Shown here: piece by piece, positions 59,130 through 64,000 of the stretch
Position numbering within the stretch: position 1 is the first letter of the stretch
Layout: every line of letters starts with the position of its first letter
Notes under the pieces: model-generated
The model's input: the letters and a program-made list of their open reading frames with translations, nothing else
The model's database searches: none
What the model was told of the DNA's origin: nothing
Assembly (NCBI GenBank): GCA_964016885.1
Contig: OZ024745.1
Span: 5,890,001-5,954,000 of the forward strand
Reading direction: 5' to 3'
Source of the DNA: Eledone cirrhosa
Lineage: Eukaryota
DNA: 64,000 bases
Made by a program: the position numbers and the translations under genes

Positions 59130-62100
59130 ATTCCTGGGTTGGGGTGGTGGGTGGTCTAGTGTCGTGGGTTTGATTCCTGGGTTGGGGTGGCGGGTGGTCT
59201 AGTGTCGTGTGTGTGATTACTGGGTTGGGGTGGTGGGTGGTCTAGTGTCGTTGGTTTGATTCCTGGTTTGAGGTGGTGAGTGGTCTAGTGTGGTGGGTTT
59301 GATTCCTGGGTTGGGGTGGTGGGTGGTCTAGTGTCGTGGGTTTGATTCCTGGGTTGGGGTGGTGGGTGGTCTAGTGTCGTGGAGTTGATTCCTGGTTTGA
59401 GGTGGTGGGTGCTCTAGTGTCGTGGGTTTGATTCCTGGGTTGAGGTGGTCGGTGGTCTAGTGTCGTGGGTTTGATTCCTGGTTTGAGGTGGTGGGTGGGC
59501 TAGTCTCGTGTGGTTGATTCCTGGTTTGAGGTGGAGGGTGGTCTAGTGTCGTGGGTTTGATTCCTGGTTTGAGGTGGTGGGTGGTCTAGTGTGGTGTGTT
59601 TGATTCCTGGTTTGAGGTGGTGGGTGGTCTTGTGTCGTGGGTTTGATTCCTGGGTTTGTGTGGTGGGTGGTCTAGTGTCGTGGGTTTGATTCCTGGCTTG
59701 GGGTGGTGGGTGGTCTAGTGTCGTTGGGTTGATTCCTGGGTTGGGGTGGTGGGTGGTCTAGTGTCGTGGGGTTGATTCCTGGTTTGAGGTGGTGGGTGGT
59801 CTAGTGTCGTGGGGTTGATTCCTGGTTTGAGGTGGTGGGTGATCTAGTGTCGTGGGTTTGATTCCTGGCTTGGGGTGGTGGGTGGTCTAGTGTCGTGGGT
59901 TTCATTCCTGGGTTGAGGTGGTGGGTGGTCTAGTGTCGTGGGTGGTCTAGTGTCGTGGGTTTGACTCCTGGGTTGGGGTGGTGGGTAGTCTAGTGTCGTG
60001 GGTTTGATTCCTGGGTTGGGATGATGGGTAGTCTAGTGTCGTGGGTTTGATTCCTGGTTTGTGTTGGTGGGTGGTCTAGTGTCGTGGGGTTGATTCCTGG
60101 GTTGGGGTGGTGGGTGGTCTAGTGTGGTGGGTTTGATTCCTGGGTTGGGGTGGTGGGTGGTCTAGTTTCGTGGGTTTGATTCCTGGGTTGGGGTGGTGGG
60201 TGGTCTAGTGTGGTGGGTTTGATTCCTGGTTTGAGGTGGTGGGTGGTCTAGTGTCGTGGGTTTGATTCCTGGGTTGGGGTGGTGGGTGGTCTAGTGTCGT
60301 GGGTTTGATTCCTGGGTTGAGGTGGTGGGTGGTCTAGTGTCGTTGGTTTGATTCCTGGTTTGAGGTGGTGGGTGGTCTAGTGTCGTGGGTTTGATTCCTG
60401 GGTTGGGGTGGTGGGTAGTCTAGTGTCGTGGGTTTGATTCCTGGGTTGGGGTGGTGGGTGGTCTAGTGTCGTAGAGTTGATTCCTGGTTTGAGGTGGTGG
60501 GTGCTCTAGTGTCGTGGGTTTGATTCCTGGGTTGATGTGGTCGGTGGTCTAGTGTCGTGGGTTTGATTCCTGGTTTGATGTGGTGGGTGGTCTAGTGTCG
60601 TGTGGTTGATTCCTGGTTTGAGGTGGTGGGTGGTCTAGTGTCGTGGGTTTGATTCCTGGTTTGAGGTGGTGGGTGGTCTAGTGTCGTGGGGTTGATTCCT
60701 AGGTTGGGTGGTGGGTAGTCTAGTGTCGTGGGTTTGATTCCTGGTTTGAGGTGGTGGGTGGTCTAGTGTGGTGGGTTTGATTCCTGGTTTGAGGTGGTGG
60801 GTGATCTAGTATCGTGGGTTTGATTCCTGGGTTGGGGTGGTGGGTGGTCTAGTGTGTGGGTTTGATTCCTGGTTTGAGGTGGTGGGTGGTCTAGTGTCGT
60901 GGGTTTGATTCCTGGGTTGGGGTGGTGGGTGGTCTAGTGTCGTTGGGTTGATTCCTGGGTTGGGGTGGTGGGTGGTCTAGTGTCGTGGGGTTGATTCCTG
61001 GTTTGAGGTCGTCGGTGGTCTAGTGTCGTGGGGTTGATTCCTGGTTTGAGGTGGTGGGTGATCTAGTGTCGTGGGTTTGATTCCTGGTTTGAGGTGGTGG
61101 GTGGTCTAGTGTCGTGGGTTTGATTCCTGGCTTGGGGTGGTGGGTGGTCTAGTGTCGTGGGTTTGATTCCTGGGTTGGGGTGGTGGGTGGTCTAGTGTCG
61201 TGGGTTTGATTCCTGGGTTAGGGTGGTGGGTTGTCTAGTGTCGTGGGGTTGATTCCTGGGTTGGGGTGGTGGTTGGTCTAGTGTCGTGGGTTTGATTCCT
61301 GGTTTGAGGTGGTGGGTGGTCTATATTCGTGGGTTTGATTCCTGGTTTGAGGTGGTGGATGGTCTAGTGTCGTGGGTTTGTTCCTGGTTTGAGGTGGCGG
61401 ATGATCTAGTGTCGTGGGTTTGTTCCTGGTTTGAGGTGGTGGTTGGTCTAGTGTCGTGGGTTTGTTCCTGGTTTGAGGTGGTGGATGGTCTAGTGTCGTG
61501 GGTTTGTTCCTCGTTTGAGGTGGTGGGTGGTCTAGTGTCGTGGGTTTGTTCCTGGTTTGAGGTGGTGTGTGGTCTAGTGTCGTGGGTTTGTTCCTGGTTT
61601 GAGGTGGTGGGTGGTCTAGTGTCGTGGGTTTGTTCCTGGTTTGAGGTGGTGGGTGGTCTAGTGTCGTGGGTTTGATTCATGGTTTGAGGTGGTGGATGGT
61701 CTAGTGTCGTGGGTTTGATTCTTGGGTTGGGGTGGTTGGTGGTCTAGTGTCGTGGGTTTGATTCCTGGGTTGGGGTGGTGGATGGTCTAGTGTCGTGGGT
61801 TTCATTCATGGTTTGAGGTGGTGGATGGTCTAGTGTCGTGGGTTTGATTCTTGGGTTGGGGTGGTGGGTGGTCTAGTGTCGTGGGTTTGATTCCTGGGTT
61901 GGGGTGGTGGGTGGTCTAGTGTCGTGGGGTTGATTCCTGGTTTGGGGTGGTGGGTGGTCTAGTGTCGTGGGTTTGTTCCTGGTTTGAGGTGGTGGGTGGT
62001 CTAGTGTCGTGGGTTTGATTCCTGGTTTGAGGTGGTGGATGGTCTAGTGTCGTGGGTTTGATTCCTGGGTTGGGGTGGTGGGTGGTCTAGTGTCGTGTGG

Positions 62101-62260
62101 TTGATTCCTGGTTTGAGGTGGTGGGTGGTCTAGTGTCGTGGGGTTGATTCCTGATTTCAGGTGGTGGGTGATCTAGTGTCGTGGGTTTGATTCCTGGTTT
62201 GAGGTGGTGGGTGATCTAGTGTCGTGGGTTTGATTCCTATCTTGGGGTGGTGGGTGGTCT
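59130..62260 (+). repeat. Dispersed duplication of ~49990-53100 (offset ~9.17 kb)
   Basis: gtgtgattac 50041/59211, ORFs 52117/61286 and cctgatttca 52981/62150; the copies differ by whole-monomer indels. Confidence 0.8.
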
Positions 62261-64000
62261 AGTGTCGTGTGTTTGATTCCTGGGTTGGGGTGGTGGGTGG
62301 TCTAGTGTCGTGGGTTTGATTCCTGGGTTGGGGTGGTGGGTGGTCTAGTGTGGTGGGTTTGATTCCTGGGTTGGGGTGGTGGGTGGTCTAGTGTCGTGGG
62401 GTTGATTCCTGGTTTGGGGTGGTGGGTGGTCTAGTGTCGTGGGTTTGATTCCTGGTTTGTGGTGGTGGGTGGTCTATTGTCGTTGGTTTCATTCCTGGTT
62501 TGAGGTGGTGGATGGTCTAGTGTCGTGGGTTTGTTCCTGGTTTGAGGTGGTGGATGGTCTAGTGTCGTGGGTTTGTTCCTGGTTTGAGGTGGTGGATGGT
62601 CTAGTGTCGTGGGTTTGTTCCTGGTTTGAGGTGGTGGATGGTCTAGTGTCTGGTGTTTGTTCCTGGTTTCAGGTGGTGGATGGTCTAGTGTCGTGGGTTT
62701 GTTCCTGGTTTGAGATGGTGGATGGTCTAGTGTCGTGGGTTTGTTCCTGGTTTGAGGTGGTGGATGGTCTAGTGTCGTAGGTTTGTTCCTGGTTTGAGGT
62801 GGTGGATGGTCCAGTGTCGTGGGTTTGTTCCTGGTTTGAGGTGGTGGGTGGTCTAGTGTCGTGGGTTTGTTCCTGGTTTGAGGTGGTGGGTGGTCAAGTG
62901 TCGTGGGTTTGTTCCTGGTTTGAGGTGGTGGGTGGTCTAGTGTCGTGGGTTTGTTCCTGGTTTGAGGTGGTGGGTGGTCTAGTGTCGTGGGTTTGATTCC
63001 TGGTTTGAGGTGGTGGATGGTCTAGTGTCGTGGGTTTGATTCCTGGGTTGGGGTGGTGGGTGGTCTAGTGTCGTAGGTTTGATTCCTGGGTTGGGGTGGT
63101 GGGTGGTCTAGTGTCGTGGGTTTGTTCCTGGTTTGAGGTGGTGGATGGTCTAGTGTCGTGGGTTTGTTCCTGGTTCGAGGTGGTGGATGGTCTAGTTACG
63201 TGGGTTTGTTCCTGGGTTTGAGGTGGTGGGTGGTCTAGTGTCGTGGGTTTGTTCCTGGTTTGAGGTGGTGGGTGGTCTAGTGTCGTGGGTTTGTTCCTGG
63301 TTTGAGGTGGGGGGTGGTCTAGTGTCGTGGGTTTGTTCCTGGTTTGAGAAGGTGGGTGGTCTAGTGTCGTGGGTTTGATTCCTGTTTTGAGGTGGTGGAT
63401 GGTCTAGTGTCGTGGGTTTGATTCCTGGGTTGGGGTGGTGGGTGGTCTAGTGTTGTGGGTTTGATTCCTGGTTTGAGGTGGTGGGTGGTCTAGTATCGTG
63501 GGTTTGATTCCTGGGTTGGGGTGGTGGGTGGTCTAATGTCGTGGGATTGATTCCTGGTTTGATGTGGTGGGTGGTCTAGTGTCGTGGGTTTGATTCCTGG
63601 GTTGAGGTTGTGGGTGGTCTAGTGTCGTGGGTTTGATTATGGGTTGGGGTGGTGGATGGTCTAGTTTCGTGGGGTTGATTCCTGGTTTGAGGTGGTGTAT
63701 GGTCTAGTATCGTTGGTTTGATTATGGGTTGGGGTGGTGGGTGGTCTAATGTCGTGGGTTTGATTCCTGGTTTGAGGTGGTGGGTGGTCTAGTGTCTTGG
63801 GTTTGATTCCTGGGTTGAGGTTGTGGGTGGTCTAGTGTCGTGGGTTTGATTATGGGTTGGGGTGGTGGATGGTCTAGTGTCGTGGGTTTGATTCCTGGTT
63901 TGAAGTGATGGGTGGTCTAGTGTCGTGGGTATGTTCCTGGTTTGAGGTGGTGGGTGGTCTAGTGTCGTGGGGTTGATTCCTAGGTTGGGGTGGTGGGTAG

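Larger units (their letters stand above)
1..64000 (+). repeat. G/T-rich satellite DNA array, 42/43-bp monomer, ~1,500 copies, running off both ends of the window
   Basis: GGTCTAGTGTCGTGGG recurs every 42-43 bp throughout, always in the same orientation. The 42-bp consensus ggtggtgggtggtctagtgtcgtgggtttgttcctggtttga has 19 G, 17 T, 4 C and 2 A. The 14-aa period of the ORF track (VVDGLVSWVCSWFE) confirms 42 bp. Confidence 0.99.
43900..64000 (+). repeat. More diverged, 43-bp-dominated domain with short islands of 42-bp monomers
   Basis: 42-bp islands at ~43980-44700, 47880-48770, 52190-52490, 54540-54750, 61360-61660 and 62510-63350 match the ORF track. Many private point variants are present. 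Confidence 0.8.

Noticed and set aside
3831-61680. - strand Pro/Thr-rich ORFs (TLDHPPPQTRNKPT, HDTRPPTTSNQEQT) resembling mucin or extensin repeats
   Set aside because: The C/A-rich strand has only one stop per monomer, so open frames are expected. Frequent 43-bp frameshifts rule out a long coding repeat.
2-62996. + strand ORFs encoding (VVDGLVSWVCSWFE)n
   Set aside because: They arise because 42 is divisible by 3 and end at the first 43-bp monomer or stop variant. Starts are GTG/TTG within the repeat, and there is no unique domain or gene context.
1-64000. CRISPR array
   Set aside because: There are no unique spacers; monomers abut directly and no cas genes are present.
1-64000. Functional tRNA gene array
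   Set aside because: There is no acceptor stem or anticodon arm, the unit is only 42-43 bp, and the B-box C is mutated. Only relic similarity is claimed.
1-64000. Assignment to known 41-43-bp satellites (human HSat1A, chicken CNM/PO41)
   Set aside because: Only the length is similar. HSat1A is AT-rich, and I cannot recognise sequence identity to the avian repeats without a database search.

Overview
The whole 64-kb window is one uninterrupted, head-to-tail, single-orientation satellite array of roughly 1,500 monomers (64,000/~42.6). I see no unique sequence, gene, intact RNA gene or transposon. The consensus is GGTGGTGG(G/A)TGGTCTAGTGTCGTGGGTTTG(A/-)TTCCTGGTTTGA: a 42-bp form (...GTTTGTTCC...) and a 43-bp form (...GTTTGATTCC...), about 86% G+T on the + strand. 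All listed ORFs are translations of in-frame runs of the 42-bp monomer (14-aa period) and are not called as genes. Variant monomers show nested higher-order structure (172, 189 and 344 bp; ~1.36, 2.0, 2.12, 2.3, 2.6 and 3.2 kb; dispersed copies 5.8-9.9 kb apart), with alternating 42-bp-rich and 43-bp-only domains. The most notable observation is that the 43-bp monomer looks like a collapsed tRNA head: GGTGGTCTAGTG (A-box/D-arm of eukaryotic tRNA-Glu) is joined to GGGTTTGATTCCTGGT (the T-arm/B-box GGGTTCGATTCCCGGT with its CpGs changed to TpG). This suggests a tRNA- or SINE-derived satellite. Other points of interest are a ~1.4-kb CpG-poor block built from two variants, G-quadruplex-prone runs, and recurrent 17-bp truncated monomers. 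The organism and satellite family could not be identified; a eukaryotic origin is inferred. Coordinates were read by eye and domain boundaries are approximate to within a monomer or two.
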